From assembly GCA_963743145.1 (NCBI GenBank), contig CAVUOR010000002.1:43022-107021 (forward strand): a stretch of DNA of 64,000 nt, read 5' to 3'. This document shows, one piece after another, positions 63,648 through 64,000 of this stretch. The first letter of the stretch is position 1. Each line of letters begins with the position of its first letter. The stretch is from an uncultured Actinomycetota bacterium. GTDB taxonomy: Bacteria > Actinomycetota > Actinomycetes > Mycobacteriales > Mycobacteriaceae. The notes under the pieces are model-generated. The model saw nothing but the letters and a program-made list of their open reading frames with translations. It made no database searches and was not told the origin of the DNA. The translations under genes and the position numbers were made by a program.

Positions 63648-64000
63648 TCAGAATGGCTTGACGTTGTAGTCGGTATCGATCGACATGCCGTGACCTGTCA
63701 CGTCGTTGGTGAAAGTGATGCCGCCGCCGACCGGCAATATCGTCCAGCCCTCGAAGTGGTATGTCGTTCCCTTCACCAGAATGACGTCGGGCTGTCCGGG
63801 CGGCGCTAGACCTAGATTTGCTGTGCGCCAACTGAATTGGCCGGATGCGGTGATGATGGCTTGATCCTGATGCAATACCGATGGATCTCCCTGCCACCCC
63901 GGAGAAGGCGCGGGATCTATTGGAGCCTGGGGAAAACCGGCTGTCTGGCAAACGACATTCGGACCAATTCCGTCGCTATCATCAGAGCCGACTTCACAAC
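63648..64000 (-). CDS. C-terminal part of a hypothetical (likely exported) protein entering from beyond the window end
   Basis: VVCQTAGFPQAP...GWTI..FTNDVTGHGMSI; reading frame apparently shifted near 63968. Confidence 0.55.
   Translation of the reverse strand, partial: CEVGSDDSDGIGPNVVCQTAGFPQAPIDPAPSPGWQGDPSVLHQDQAIITASGQFSWRTANLGLAPPGQPDVILVKGTTYHFEGWTILPVGGGITFTNDVTGHGMSIDTDYNVKPF

Overview
High-GC actinobacterial DNA, almost certainly a non-tuberculous Mycobacterium, judged from synteny with the M. tuberculosis dinG-pncB1-clpS-aosR-rhomboid-murI-Rv1339-rph-rdgB-lprD block. Four zones. (1) 1-28.5 kb: lipid/CoA-ester catabolic cluster (acyl-CoA dehydrogenases, SDRs, thiolase, P450, ALDH, NorQ/NorD-like pair, AveC-like protein, double TetR), with seven copies of a 16-bp palindromic operator. 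(2) 28.5-43.1 kb: a degenerate ~14.6-kb integrative island in tRNA-Leu(TAG), bounded by a 25-bp att direct repeat, with a truncated integrase. It carries three TIR-domain genes with different architectures, including a CHASE2-transmembrane-TIR receptor-like gene behind two duplicated Cys-containing exported proteins, plus a DyP peroxidase coupled to an uncharacterised protein. (3) 43.2-54.8 kb: core genes, with a free-standing HTH-LAGLIDADG gene and an in-frame deletion removing most of mec-cysO-cysM. (4) 54.8-64 kb: variable region with an EmbR-like SARP, three DUF2510-like membrane proteins, a secreted protease and a kinase-less vWA/PP2C (TerY-P-like) pair. Many single-base frameshifts, even in core genes, suggest sequencing indel errors, so frameshifted genes may be intact. 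All family calls come from motif recognition by eye; no database search was run.
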